Origin: Pontiella sp.
Lineage (GTDB): Bacteria; Verrucomicrobiota; Kiritimatiellia; Kiritimatiellales; Pontiellaceae
NCBI GenBank assembly: GCA_050290185.1
Contig: JBNKHE010000002.1
Coordinates: 192,001-256,000 of the forward strand
Reading direction: 5' to 3'
Length of the DNA: 64,000 nt
In this document: positions 20,499 through 31,066 of the stretch, one piece after another
Layout of the letters: each line of letters starts with the position of its first letter
How positions within the stretch are numbered: position 1 is the stretch's first letter
Notes under the pieces: generated by a model
What the model saw: the letters and a program-made list of their open reading frames with translations, nothing else
Database searches by the model: none
What the model was told of the DNA's origin: nothing
Translations under genes and position numbers: made by a program

Positions 20499-20514
20499 AT
20501 TACTAAATGGTAAT
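20499..20514. promoter_or_regulatory. Palindromic heavy-metal-response-regulator-type box ATTAC-N6-GTAAT
   Basis: ATTACTAAATGGTAAT about 50 bp upstream of the response regulator start, in an AT-rich divergent intergenic region. Confidence 0.55.
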
Positions 20515-20659
20515 ATTCAAGCAAGCAGATCTTAATCAAAAACAAATACAGTGTTTATAAGTGGGCATCGATTGGGGTATCGGCATTCACGATTATAACA
20601 TCTGTAAACCGATAGGATTCAGATTTTTTTGGGGTTTCATTGATGAATGGGGAAACGAA

Positions 20660-21445
20660 ATGCACAAATCCGTATATTATATACTTGTAATGATTTTATT
20701 TGGATGGAGCGGCCTTGCGACCGCCTCCATCACCGATTCCTGGACGGCAATATATGCCACGGACGCAACAGGCGATACAGGTAATGGGGGCCACCCCTAT
20801 CTGGACATCGCGGGAGGAACGGATGTCAATGGTCTCGATTTTGCCGGAGGATACCTGCACTACCAATCCGCATCGAGCAACCCGCAACTGACGGAAGACC
20901 TGCTTTCTTTCCGGTTCCGGCTCGATGGAATAAAAAACAAGATGCCCGGAGCGTACCAGATCTTTTTCGAAACCACGGGAGACACTTCCGTAGACTGGGC
21001 GTTGCAACTGACAACCGATGACCTGAATACATCCGGAACCTTGGAATTTGGAACGGCTTCGGGAGCAGATAGAAGCGGTGTTGCGTTTACCCAAGTTGAG
21101 TGGTCGGGAACCTATGCGGACTACGTGGATTATTCCGGCACACCTACGGATGATGGTTCGCGATTCAATGGCGATGCCGACTATTTCCTCGAATTTTCCA
21201 TGCCTTGGCAACAGTTTTCGTCGTCCACGGGCATAACCTCCCCTAACGGAAATATGTGCATCCTGATGTCCACTTCCCAAAACCAGGGATCTCTCATGGA
21301 TGGCGATATTGCGGGAACGACCTCTAGCGGGAACGTCGCGTTTTCGGATGTTTACGTCGCCATTCCAGAGCCGGCCGTAGCCTCGCTGGTTGGCGGATTC
21401 GGCATTGCCTTTCTCTTCGGGCGCCGGATTTTCCACAAGGATTAG
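20660..21445 (+). CDS. PEP-CTERM sorting domain-containing secreted protein
   Basis: Signal peptide; C-terminus AIPEP-AVASLVGGFGIAFLFG-RRIFHKD (PEP, TM, Arg cluster). Confidence 0.92.
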   Translation: MHKSVYYILVMILFGWSGLATASITDSWTAIYATDATGDTGNGGHPYLDIAGGTDVNGLDFAGGYLHYQSASSNPQLTEDLLSFRFRLDGIKNKMPGAYQIFFETTGDTSVDWALQLTTDDLNTSGTLEFGTASGADRSGVAFTQVEWSGTYADYVDYSGTPTDDGSRFNGDADYFLEFSMPWQQFSSSTGITSPNGNMCILMSTSQNQGSLMDGDIAGTTSSGNVAFSDVYVAIPEPAVASLVGGFGIAFLFGRRIFHKD

Positions 21446-21464
21446 AGCGTTTCAAATAATTCTA

Positions 21465-21535
21465 TAGCTACAGATGAACACCGACTTTACACGGCTTCAA
21501 TGTCCTCGGTGTTCTTCCAGATTTTTCAGTGGCTA
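21465..21535. repeat. Degenerate short-period inverted-repeat element between convergent genes
   Basis: TAGCTAC...GTGGCTA termini; internal GAACACCGA / TCGGTGTTC shared with the 2718-2738 element. Confidence 0.55.
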
Positions 21536-21554
21536 CGGTTTTAATTAATTTGCT

Positions 21555-24086
21555 CTAGCGCCACTCGTGCTTCGGGTAGCGGCCCTTCAGTTCCTTCTTG
21601 ATCAGGGGATAGGAATTGGCCCAGAACGATTTCATATCCTGCGTCTTTTGCTGCGGGCGCTGGTTCGGCGCCAAGGCTTCGACAACAACGGGAATCATTC
21701 CGAACCCAATCTTCGGCACTTCTTCCAGGCCGTACAACTTCTGGATCGTCGCCGAGATGATCGGTGACCGGCCTTCTTCATAGCGCACCTTCGCGTTAAA
21801 GCCGCTCGGCAGTTGAATGCGTTCCGGCGCCTGCTTGTCGATCAGGTCGAGTTGCGTGAACGAGAGCCACGACTTGACCGTCTTCCAAACCGCCCGATCC
21901 TTCAGGTCGCGCTTACAAACTGCGCCAAGACAAATCTCCTGCACCATCGCCCGGCGCGCCTCTTCGTCGATGGCGGGAATGCCATAATCCGGACAACCGG
22001 CGGCCAGACAGTTTACGCGCGCAATCCAGCGCTCGACATTTTCATCCCACTTGTAGAGCTCAAGCCGCCCGGCCAGCACCTCCTCGGCCATGATTTCCGC
22101 CGCCTGCTGCAGATCTACCTCCTGCTTCATGCTCGCATGCAGTTCCAATCCGCGGAACGACTGCGACTGCTTGGTCACCACACGCTTCAGCACCGGATCG
22201 AATACCGCTACGGCCTTTTCCTCCATATCATCGGGAAACAGCTCGTCGAGCCACACTTCGCTGACGGCGGTGCACAGGTTGAGCCGAACGTTCAGGCCGC
22301 GTCCTTCGATCTCCGCAATTTCGGCGGCAACGATCAGCGTGCTGTCGCGCACGACACTGTCACGGTCGAGGTCGCCCGTACGACCATGCACTACCTCGCA
22401 ATGCAACGTTCCAACATCGCGCCGCTTCGCCACCTGGTCCGAAAAGGCCAGCAGGATGCACTTCTGCAAATCCTCGTCAACGGGCGCGCGCTTGTTGACC
22501 TTCAGCCCGGCCTTTTCGGCCATCGAGAGAAAGCGTTCATACAATGGTTTCACCTGACGGGCAGCGGCACCATTGACCCCGAGCTTGCGGCAGGCGTCGG
22601 AATGATAGTTGTTCTTGTCGGCAAACATCCAGGCGCGCATCAGCCGCTTGAAATCCGAAATGCCATCCTCGCCCAGCATGTCGTCGCGGTGGCCGCGCGT
22701 TGCCGCACCCTTGTTGCGTTCAAGGATGGAACGCCCCTGCGTCAGCGCCGCAATCAGGCAGGCCTGCCGGACACAGCCATACTCATCGCCCGCCAACAGC
22801 ATGCGCGCATAGCGCGGATGCATCGGAAACTGCACCATCTTTTTGCCGACAGCCGTCAATTTCCCTTGATGATCCAGCGCACCCAGATCGGTCAGCAGCG
22901 TCAACGTGTTCGCCAGTGACTTTGGGTTCGGCGGTTCGAGCCAGTTAAAATTTTCGATATCCTCTATACCGCCCGCCTTGAGCGTCAGCACGACCTCCGC
23001 CAGATCGTGCCGCAGGATTTCCGGCAGTTCCTGCATCGAACGCGCGACATGCTCCTGCTCGGTCCAGAGCCTCATGCAAATGCCCGGTGCCGTACGGCCC
23101 GCACGGCCCGTCCGTTGGTCGGCGGAGGCACGGCTGATGCGTTCGACCAAAAGTGTGTCGATACCGCGGTTTGGATCGTAGCGCGCGATGCGCGCCAGCC
23201 CGCTGTCGATCACCACCCGGACGCCATCGATCGTGATCGACGTTTCCGCGACGTTGGTCGACACCACCACCTTGCGCCGGTCGCATTCGCCGACGGCAGC
23301 ATCCTGATCGCGCGGCGACAACTCGCCGTGCAACGGCATTACCGCACAACCGCGCGCGCACTTGCGTGAACGAATGGCCTCGACCGTGCGGGAAATCTCG
23401 TAGCCGCCCGGCATGAACACCAGCACATCGCCCTCCGCACCGGACTCGATCGCCTTTTCAAAGGCATCTGCGGCGGCTTCCCAAACGGGATGGTGGCGAA
23501 AGTCGATCCGCTTTTTCGCATAGCCGATCTCGACCGGAAACATGCGCCCTTCGCTCTTCAGCTCGCGACACGGCGCAAGGTATTCGCGCAACGGTCCGGC
23601 GTCGAGCGTTGCCGACATCACAATGATCTTCAGATCCGGTCGCATCTGCTGCAGGCGCAGGGCGCGGGCAAGCGTAATGTCGCCGTAGATGTGCCGCTCG
23701 TGGAACTCGTCGAAAATGATGGTCGAAATGCCGCGAAGTTCCGGATCGGAAAGAAATTGGCGAAGTAGGATGCCCTCGGTCACATAGCGGATCTGCGTCT
23801 TCGCGGAAACATGACTCTCCATGCGGACCTGATAGCCCACCTCGCCGCCCAGCGGTTCACCGCGCTCGAACGCCACGCGCTTGGCCAGCAACCGGGCCGC
23901 CAGCCGCCGCGGCTGCAACACCACCACTTCGCCCGGACCGGCCACGCCGCAATCGAGCACCATTTGCGGCACCTGGGTCGATTTCCCCGACCCCGTCGGC
24001 GCTTCGATAATGATGCGGTTCTCGGTTCCCAGCGCCGTCGTCAGCTCGGCACGCAGTTCATAGATGGGCAGTTTCTTCGGATCCAT
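21555..24086 (-). CDS. hrpB: ATP-dependent helicase HrpB
   Basis: APTGSGKST, DEFHER, MSAT, STNVAETSITI, QRTGRAGR, C-terminal GRYPKHEW. Confidence 0.96.
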   Translation of the reverse strand: MDPKKLPIYELRAELTTALGTENRIIIEAPTGSGKSTQVPQMVLDCGVAGPGEVVVLQPRRLAARLLAKRVAFERGEPLGGEVGYQVRMESHVSAKTQIRYVTEGILLRQFLSDPELRGISTIIFDEFHERHIYGDITLARALRLQQMRPDLKIIVMSATLDAGPLREYLAPCRELKSEGRMFPVEIGYAKKRIDFRHHPVWEAAADAFEKAIESGAEGDVLVFMPGGYEISRTVEAIRSRKCARGCAVMPLHGELSPRDQDAAVGECDRRKVVVSTNVAETSITIDGVRVVIDSGLARIARYDPNRGIDTLLVERISRASADQRTGRAGRTAPGICMRLWTEQEHVARSMQELPEILRHDLAEVVLTLKAGGIEDIENFNWLEPPNPKSLANTLTLLTDLGALDHQGKLTAVGKKMVQFPMHPRYARMLLAGDEYGCVRQACLIAALTQGRSILERNKGAATRGHRDDMLGEDGISDFKRLMRAWMFADKNNYHSDACRKLGVNGAAARQVKPLYERFLSMAEKAGLKVNKRAPVDEDLQKCILLAFSDQVAKRRDVGTLHCEVVHGRTGDLDRDSVVRDSTLIVAAEIAEIEGRGLNVRLNLCTAVSEVWLDELFPDDMEEKAVAVFDPVLKRVVTKQSQSFRGLELHASMKQEVDLQQAAEIMAEEVLAGRLELYKWDENVERWIARVNCLAAGCPDYGIPAIDEEARRAMVQEICLGAVCKRDLKDRAVWKTVKSWLSFTQLDLIDKQAPERIQLPSGFNAKVRYEEGRSPIISATIQKLYGLEEVPKIGFGMIPVVVEALAPNQRPQQKTQDMKSFWANSYPLIKKELKGRYPKHEWR

Positions 24087-24131
24087 AGGCGGGCGGTTAT
24101 AACGGAAACATCCCGGACAGGAAAGCCCTGC

Positions 24132-24536
24132 CTAGACTGACTCCTCTTCCTCGCCTACATAGAACCAGTCACCCTTTCGCTTTCTGAAAACGGAGCATTC
24201 GTGGTGACGACCGGGACCGGAGTCTGTCACATATTCGGCCATGAACTCCACGCGACCCGTTTCATCCGAAGCGGAACCGGCCTCCTTTGCGATGACGTGC
24301 AGCTTGATCCATTCAACCTGCCGCATCCAGCGGCGGATAGAATCGGCCAGATCCTCTTCCCGCGCGGAGGGATGGGTGGTTCTTACCAGATAGTCGACCT
24401 TCTTCATGACATAGGCGGTATAGCGCGAGCGCATCAACTGCTCCGCCGTTGGTGCCTTGCGCCGACCGGCGACGATTCCACCGCAACAATCGTCAAATAA
24501 AGCGCCACTTCCACAGGGGCATTTATCAAATTTCAT
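24132..24536 (-). CDS. YchJ family SEC-C motif protein
   Basis: CPCGSG..CC, TAEQLMRSRYTAY, HESSVF-like HHECSVF..WFY. Confidence 0.9.
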   Translation of the reverse strand: MKFDKCPCGSGALFDDCCGGIVAGRRKAPTAEQLMRSRYTAYVMKKVDYLVRTTHPSAREEDLADSIRRWMRQVEWIKLHVIAKEAGSASDETGRVEFMAEYVTDSGPGRHHECSVFRKRKGDWFYVGEEEESV

Positions 24537-24553
24537 ACGACTACTCTTTAGAT

Positions 24554-27500
24554 TTATTGATCGTCTGCCATTGGGGTCCAGCCACCACCGAGGGCTTTGT
24601 ACACGCGGACCGCGTTGCGCGCCACATTGCCTTCACTTATAGCGAGCTGTTCCTGAAAGGCGAGCAACGAGCGCTGGGCATCCAGCACCGAGGTAAAGTC
24701 GGACAAGCCGTTGTGATACCGGTCTTGCGCCAGCGCCTCCGCTTCGCGCGCGGCATTTACGGCTAGTCCGAGCGCTTCGCGTCGCTCGATTTCCTTTTGG
24801 TAGTCGGTCAATGCATCGCGCACTTCCTTCACGGCATTGAGCACGGTCGATTCATAGGCAATCAGCGCCTGCTCCTGCCGGGCTTCCTGCACCTTGATGT
24901 TGTTGCGGATCGATCCCCAGTGGAAAATCGGCCAGCTAACGCCCGGAGCAATGACGTAGCTTTCGCTACCGGATTCGAAAAGGGTCGACGCCTTGAGCGA
25001 TTCCAGCCCGATGGATCCGTTCAGTGAAAACCGCGGATAGAGCTCTGCCACGGATGCCCCGACCAGCGCGGTCTGCGCGGCCAGCGCGCGTTCGGCACGG
25101 CGCACATCGGGACGACGGCGCAGCATATCGGCAGGGATCCCTTCGAGCATCAGGCTGGACTGCGGCACCCCGCCATCGGCAGTAAGCTCAAGCGTTCCCG
25201 GCATTTCGCCAATCAGGACTGACAGCGCCGTGCGGCTTGATGCCAGTCCCGCTTCAAGCGCGGGCACGGTCGAGCGGCTGCTTTGATAGTTGTAGCGCGC
25301 CTGCTGAACCACCAGCTCATTGACCAGACCGGCCTTCAGGCGGGATTCAAGAAGCTCAAGGGTATCGCGCTGGACTGCAAGGTTGGAACGCGCAACATCA
25401 AGACGATACTGGTACGTGCGCGCCATCAGGTAGGCCTGGGCGGTTTCGGCCGCGATGGATACCTGCACCGAAGCGAGGTCCAGTTCCTTTGCCTCAAAGT
25501 CCGCAGTTGCATACTCAAGTCCGCGCCGCACGGCGCCGAACAGGTCGATCTCCCAGACGGCGTCAAATCCGCCGCTGTAGAGCGTTTGGGGATCGAAGGC
25601 CCCCGGCGGGGAAAATCCCGCCCCAAACTGGCTGGCATTTTCAGACTGCTTGAAGCGGCTTACACTTCCGGTCAGATCCACCTTGGGTCCAAGTGCGGCC
25701 TTCGCCTTGCCAAGCTTTGCGCGAGCCTCCCGCACACGCGCTACGGCACCCTTGAGATCAAGGTTCTTTTCCAGCGCCTTTTCAACCATCCTGATCAGCA
25801 CCGGATCGTTAAACTGATTCCACCATTCGACCGTATCCACGCTTTCAGCCTGCACACCCGGAATTTCCGGCAGCTCCGGTTGTTCATAGTCCGGGCCGAC
25901 CGACATGCAACCACCCATAAAGAACGGCAACAGCAGGAGCACCAGCAGATTCAGCTTGTCCTTGCCGATACGCAGACGGATGGAGTGCCCTTTTTCGCGC
26001 AGTGTCTGGAACAGAACAAAGAGCGCAGGAACCAATATGATGCCGAAAAGTGTCGCGGCCATCATACCCCAGAAAACGGTGGTACCGATTGCTCGGCGTG
26101 CATTTGCTCCGGCGCCAGTGGCGATCACCATCGGGAAGATCCCGAGAATAAAGGTGAAGGCGGTCATCAGCACGGCACGGAAGCGCTGGCTCGCGCCGTC
26201 GGCGGCGGCATCCACAATCGAAAGCCCCTCCTCGCGCCGGGTCTTTGAAAACTCGACAATGAGAATGGCATTTTTGCTGGCGAGACCGATCAGCAGAATC
26301 AAGCCGAGCTGGGCGTAGATGCTGAGCGACATTTTCAGCACAAACAGGGCAACCAGCGCGCCGAATGCAGCCACGCAGGTCGACAGGATTACCGGAATCG
26401 GAATCGTCCAGCTTTCATACTGGGCGACGAGGAACAGGTAGCCGAACACCAGTGCCATCACAATCAGAATGGTGGAACCACCGGCCGCTTTGGCTTCCTG
26501 ATAACTGAGTCCGGACCATTCAATATTGTAGCCCGGCGGCAAGGCGGTTTTCGCCAGCTCTTCCACTTTTTCCATTACGACGCCGGAGCTGAAGATTGGT
26601 ATCAGCATCGCCGTAATGGAAGCGGTCGAAAACTTGTTGTAGCGCTCAACCGAACGGGGCGCGAGTATCGGCCGCACCTCAAGCAGACTGCCCAGCGGTA
26701 CCATTGCGCCGGTGCGGCTTTTGACGTAGAGCTTTTCAATGTCATCCTTCCGGTCTCGGAACGGTCCGTCCGCCTGAACGGTCACATGGTTTACCTGACC
26801 GTCAAAATTGACGTCGTTCACGTAACGCGATCCAAAGTTGTTCTGGAGCGTGGCGAAAATATCGCTGACCTCGACATGCATCAGCGCAGCCTTCACACGA
26901 TCGACCTCCAGCTGAAGGTGCGGGGTGTTCGCCGCATAGCCGCTGAAGGCAAACATGGTTTCAGGCATCATGTTGAGCTGCATCAGGAAACCCTGCATGA
27001 CGCCACTGAGTTTCTGGGGATCGCTGTCGCCCAGAGCCTGCAGGCGGATGTCCAGCCCGTTGCTAACCCCCAGGCCCATGATAGCGGGCGGAGCAAACAG
27101 GTTGATCTGCGCACCGGGCTCCATGGCCAGGCGCCCCTGCAGTTTCTGCAGAATGGCATCGAGCTGAAGTTCCGGGCTGCGGCGCTTGTCCCAGCTATCG
27201 AGACCAAACAGGAAAAAGGCGACGTTTTCGCCGGAACCACCGATAAAAGAGAATCCGGTTACTTCAACGGTATAGGCGACGCCGGGTTCCTGCCCCAACG
27301 GGGAAATGACCCGCTCCAGCATGGCCTCGGTCCGTGCGCGCGTCGCACCTTCCGGCAGCTGCAGCGCACCGAAGATAACGCCCTGATCCTCTTCCGGAAG
27401 GAAGGAGGTCGGGTTCATCGCACTCAGAAAAGCGGCTCCTCCACCCACGCCGAGAAGAATCACGGCGGTCAGGATCAATCGGCGCGACAGCCCCGTCGCG

Positions 27501-29071
27501 GCGTTGACATAATGACCGCGCACCCGGTTGAGCCCCGTATTAAACCAGCGCAGCGGGCCGTGCTGTTTCGGCTTAATCACGCGCAACAGTACAGCACAGA
27601 GCGCCGGACTGAGCGTCAGCGCATTGACCGTGGAAAAGAATACCGCCGCCGAAATGGCCACGGCAAACTGCTGATAGATCTTCCCAACGATGCCGCTGAC
27701 AAAACCGATCGGCACAAAGATGGCGAGAAGTACCAGCGTCGTTGCAATAACCGCACCGGTCACCTGCTCCATCGCTTTGATGGTGGCGGCCTTATGGTCG
27801 AGCCCCTCGTGTTCCATCAGGTGCAAAACGCGCTCGACAACAACGATGGCATCGTCGACCACCAGCCCGATGGCCAGCACGAGACCGAACAAGGTAAGCG
27901 TATTGATGCTGTAGCCGAATGCGATCAGTACCGCGAAGGTGGCACAGAGTGAAACCGGGATGGTCATGGCCGGTACCAGCGTGGCGCGCCAGTCCTGCAG
28001 GAATACGTAACAAACCACCACGACCAGAAGAACGGTCAGTAGCAGCGTGGTGACAATGTCAATAATACTGGCGCGCACAAAGTTGGTTGCATCGTACGGC
28101 AATATGACTTCCATGCCTTCGGGGAACTGCGTAGAGAGCGAGTTGAGCTCGGCGCGCAACGCGTCCATGGTGTCGAGCGCATTGGAACCGGCCGAACGGC
28201 TGACGCCAATGGCGACCGCGGTCTTGCCGTTGTACTTCGCGCTGAACAAATAGTTATCCGCCCCCTTCTCAATCCGGGCAACATCGCTCAAGCGAACCAC
28301 GGCCCCATCCGCACCGGTCCGCACAATAATATCCTCGAAACGATCGATTGTGTTGAGGCGGCCCTCCGATTTCAGCGTGTACACCATCTGCCCGTTGCCC
28401 GGCGCACTGCCGACGGAACCGGCCGAGGCCTGAATGTTCTGGCCGCGGATCGCGGCAAGGACATCGTCGGAGCTCATTCCAAGCGCGGCGAGGCGGTCGG
28501 CATCCATCCAGACGCGCATGCTATAGCGAGGCGCGTAGACTTGCGCGCGGCTGACGCCGGGAAGGCGTTCGAGCGCTGGCTTTATCACCTTGTAGGTGTA
28601 GTCGCTCATAAACAGCTCGCTCAGCGATTCGTCGGGCGACTGCACCATGACGAACCCGAGCATGTCGGCCGATTCGGTCTCAACGGTGACGCCCTGTTGC
28701 GTTACTTCAACCGGAAGCAGCGGTTCGGCCTGTGCGACGCGGTTCTGCACCTGCACCTGCGCAATGTCCGGATCGGTACCGACCTCGAACGTTACGGTCA
28801 GCGCATAGCCACCGGAGTTATCAGAGGTGGACGACATATAAATCATGTTGTCCACCCCGTTCACCGCATCCTCGATCGGCGCGGCAACGGTGTCGGCCAT
28901 CACCTCGGCGCTGGCTCCCGGATATGCGGTGCGCACGACCACCTGCGGTGGCGTTACCTGAGGAAACTGCGCAATCGGCAGCGCACCAATGGCAATGATC
29001 CCCGCCAACGTCAGGACAATGGAAATCACCCCTGCCAGTCGCGGGCGTTCAATAAAGACTCGTGAAATCAT
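24554..29071 (-). CDS. HAE1-type RND efflux permease fused in frame to an OprM/NodT-type outer-membrane factor
   Basis: About 1030 aa of RND ([36 protein letters not shown]); then basic segment + [23 protein letters not shown] and OMF motifs ([26 protein letters not shown]). Confidence 0.93.
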   Translation of the reverse strand: MISRVFIERPRLAGVISIVLTLAGIIAIGALPIAQFPQVTPPQVVVRTAYPGASAEVMADTVAAPIEDAVNGVDNMIYMSSTSDNSGGYALTVTFEVGTDPDIAQVQVQNRVAQAEPLLPVEVTQQGVTVETESADMLGFVMVQSPDESLSELFMSDYTYKVIKPALERLPGVSRAQVYAPRYSMRVWMDADRLAALGMSSDDVLAAIRGQNIQASAGSVGSAPGNGQMVYTLKSEGRLNTIDRFEDIIVRTGADGAVVRLSDVARIEKGADNYLFSAKYNGKTAVAIGVSRSAGSNALDTMDALRAELNSLSTQFPEGMEVILPYDATNFVRASIIDIVTTLLLTVLLVVVVCYVFLQDWRATLVPAMTIPVSLCATFAVLIAFGYSINTLTLFGLVLAIGLVVDDAIVVVERVLHLMEHEGLDHKAATIKAMEQVTGAVIATTLVLLAIFVPIGFVSGIVGKIYQQFAVAISAAVFFSTVNALTLSPALCAVLLRVIKPKQHGPLRWFNTGLNRVRGHYVNAATGLSRRLILTAVILLGVGGGAAFLSAMNPTSFLPEEDQGVIFGALQLPEGATRARTEAMLERVISPLGQEPGVAYTVEVTGFSFIGGSGENVAFFLFGLDSWDKRRSPELQLDAILQKLQGRLAMEPGAQINLFAPPAIMGLGVSNGLDIRLQALGDSDPQKLSGVMQGFLMQLNMMPETMFAFSGYAANTPHLQLEVDRVKAALMHVEVSDIFATLQNNFGSRYVNDVNFDGQVNHVTVQADGPFRDRKDDIEKLYVKSRTGAMVPLGSLLEVRPILAPRSVERYNKFSTASITAMLIPIFSSGVVMEKVEELAKTALPPGYNIEWSGLSYQEAKAAGGSTILIVMALVFGYLFLVAQYESWTIPIPVILSTCVAAFGALVALFVLKMSLSIYAQLGLILLIGLASKNAILIVEFSKTRREEGLSIVDAAADGASQRFRAVLMTAFTFILGIFPMVIATGAGANARRAIGTTVFWGMMAATLFGIILVPALFVLFQTLREKGHSIRLRIGKDKLNLLVLLLLPFFMGGCMSVGPDYEQPELPEIPGVQAESVDTVEWWNQFNDPVLIRMVEKALEKNLDLKGAVARVREARAKLGKAKAALGPKVDLTGSVSRFKQSENASQFGAGFSPPGAFDPQTLYSGGFDAVWEIDLFGAVRRGLEYATADFEAKELDLASVQVSIAAETAQAYLMARTYQYRLDVARSNLAVQRDTLELLESRLKAGLVNELVVQQARYNYQSSRSTVPALEAGLASSRTALSVLIGEMPGTLELTADGGVPQSSLMLEGIPADMLRRRPDVRRAERALAAQTALVGASVAELYPRFSLNGSIGLESLKASTLFESGSESYVIAPGVSWPIFHWGSIRNNIKVQEARQEQALIAYESTVLNAVKEVRDALTDYQKEIERREALGLAVNAAREAEALAQDRYHNGLSDFTSVLDAQRSLLAFQEQLAISEGNVARNAVRVYKALGGGWTPMADDQ

Positions 29072-29073
29072 GT

Positions 29074-30165
29074 TCAGCCCTCCGAAGGAATCACCTGGAC
29101 GGTTGCTCCGGGGACCGCTTTCTGGACCCCGTCAACCACAATACGATCACCCGGTTCTAAACCGGACAAAATCGCGACATCCATTTCAATCTGCCCGCCG
29201 GCTTCAACCCGGGCCATGCCGACGGTTCCCGCCTCGTCGACGGTCAGCACATACGCTCCGTCACCATCCAGCAACAGCGCGCGCTGTGGAATCTTGATGC
29301 CTTTCTCTCCGGCAGGATTGCTCAATCGGGCCGTAACGTATCCACCCGGCACCAACAGGCCGTCCGGGTTGTCGAAGAGGTAGCGCACGGCAATGGTGCC
29401 GGTTGACGGATTGATGACGTTGTCGTCGAAATCCTTTTTTCCGATGTTTGAAAGAAGCGATCCATCGGGCAGAACAACACGGGCCTCGAGTGCGGCGGCA
29501 TCGCCGGCCAGCTCGTGGCGGCGCATGGCCAGAAACTCGCGGTCCGTCTGCGAAAAGACCACACGAATCGGATCAAGCTGCACAATCCGGGCTAGCTCGG
29601 CGGTGCCCGGCGTAACATAGTTGCCCTTTTTGACCATCGCAGTACCGATCCTCCCGCTGATCGGCGAGCGGATTTCCGTGTAATCCAGATCTACTTTCGC
29701 TAGGTCATAGGCGGCCTTGCCGCGCAGGAAATCACTCTCGGCCGCTTCGAGATCAGAGGCCGACACGCTGCGGGTATCTGCTTTCTTCAGGCGCTCATAG
29801 CGTTTTTTCGCGCAGATCATTTCGGCCTCCGCCGCATCGGCGGTCGCCTGATAGGCGGAATGGTCGATCGAAAACAACAGATCCCCCTCTTTCACAAGAG
29901 AGCCTTCGGTAAAACAGACCTGCTCAATCCGGCCGGACACTTCGGGGCGAATAACCACTTCCTGCAACGGCTCGACACTTGCGATATACTCATCTGCGGA
30001 GGCCAGCAGCGTCTCCTGCACTTCCATTACTTTTACCGCGGCAGGCGGCATCTGCATCCCACCCATTCCAGGCGGCGGTCCGCCCGCAGGCATGAAACCG
30101 CGAATGAAAAATCCCAAACCAATCAGGATTATTACAACGATCAAACGTCCGATAATTTTAAACAT
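29074..30165 (-). CDS. RND efflux periplasmic adaptor (MFP)
   Basis: N-terminal [49 protein letters not shown]. Confidence 0.93.
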   Translation of the reverse strand: MFKIIGRLIVVIILIGLGFFIRGFMPAGGPPPGMGGMQMPPAAVKVMEVQETLLASADEYIASVEPLQEVVIRPEVSGRIEQVCFTEGSLVKEGDLLFSIDHSAYQATADAAEAEMICAKKRYERLKKADTRSVSASDLEAAESDFLRGKAAYDLAKVDLDYTEIRSPISGRIGTAMVKKGNYVTPGTAELARIVQLDPIRVVFSQTDREFLAMRRHELAGDAAALEARVVLPDGSLLSNIGKKDFDDNVINPSTGTIAVRYLFDNPDGLLVPGGYVTARLSNPAGEKGIKIPQRALLLDGDGAYVLTVDEAGTVGMARVEAGGQIEMDVAILSGLEPGDRIVVDGVQKAVPGATVQVIPSEG

Positions 30166-30183
30166 TGGACTCTCTCCTATTTA

Positions 30184-30831
30184 TTAAAGGTCTTCTGGCA
30201 GACCCAACAGCAACTGGGTCTGGCGGACCAATACATTCTCTAACTTCTGCAAATACGATTCCGAATAAACGGACACGTTCAGTGAACGGTGCAACGCCTT
30301 CATATAGGTTGAATGGGAAAATATCGGCATCAACATGGCCATGATATGGATCATGGTCTCTTCATCGTCCAGTTCGGGATTAATCAGTCGAAAGAAGCGG
30401 CCGAGCGCCTCCATGTTTGGATCCATCATATCCTTCATGATGAGGTCATACAGTTTGTCATCGCGCTGCAATACCTGATAGATGAGCTGCGAGTGCCAGG
30501 CCGGACGGTTCGAGCGAAACATATCCGTAACCTCGGTCTGAACGATCAGACGTACCGCGCGTGAAAACTCTTCAGGCGAAGATGTCGCCGTCATTTCATA
30601 GATCCGGTCTTCGTAGGTTTTGTTAAGGCAATAACGCTTGGCCTCCTGCAAAACGGCCTCTAACAGGCCGTCCTTGCCTCCAAAGTGGTAGTGGATGCTG
30701 CCAATGTTTTCACCGGAACGTTCGGCCACCGCCCGGGTCGTCACATTATCCAACCCCAGTTCGCCAGCCAGCTCACCCGCTGCGTTGACAATTTTTTGCT
30801 TGGTTGTTTCGCCTGCTGAATAGGTCTTCAT
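30184..30831 (-). CDS. TetR family regulator (CecR/YbiH-like C-terminal domain)
   Basis: HTH TTRAVAERSGENIGSIHYHFGGKDGL; first gene of the efflux operon. Confidence 0.9.
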   Translation of the reverse strand: MKTYSAGETTKQKIVNAAGELAGELGLDNVTTRAVAERSGENIGSIHYHFGGKDGLLEAVLQEAKRYCLNKTYEDRIYEMTATSSPEEFSRAVRLIVQTEVTDMFRSNRPAWHSQLIYQVLQRDDKLYDLIMKDMMDPNMEALGRFFRLINPELDDEETMIHIMAMLMPIFSHSTYMKALHRSLNVSVYSESYLQKLENVLVRQTQLLLGLPEDL

Positions 30832-30845
30832 AAACCCTGCTCTTT

Positions 30846-30898
30846 TTTAATCATGCGACCAAATTTAATCCCTCGAACAAATTAGTCAATCGATTAAA
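30846..30898. promoter_or_regulatory. Three tandem imperfect 18-bp palindromes (TTTAATC-N4-GATTAAA consensus), probable TetR operators
   Basis: TTTAATCATGCGACCAAA / TTTAATCCCTCGAACAAA / ATTAGTCAATCGATTAAA immediately upstream of the TetR start. Confidence 0.6.
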
Positions 30899-30992
30899 TT
30901 AAAAACTGACAATCAGTGTAAGTGACTGCTTAGATGCATATTATGAATTATATAGGAGATATTTTATGAGAGAATGGACTACCTTTGTGTCG

Positions 30993-31058
30993 TTTTGGGA
31001 CGGAACGGAGCCTGCCCCTCCAAAACCTGCCTTGCAAGCTTTGCACCTTTGCGCGAAA
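30993..31058 (-). repeat. GGAG-tagged REP-like hairpin plus a CGCAAAG-type repeat arm downstream of ABC-F
   Basis: Minus strand TTTTGGAG-GGGCAGG-CTCCGT-TCCGTCC-CAAAA, and TTTCGCGCAAAGGTGCAAAGCTTGCAAGG. Confidence 0.5.
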
Positions 31059-31066
31059 TAATTCTC

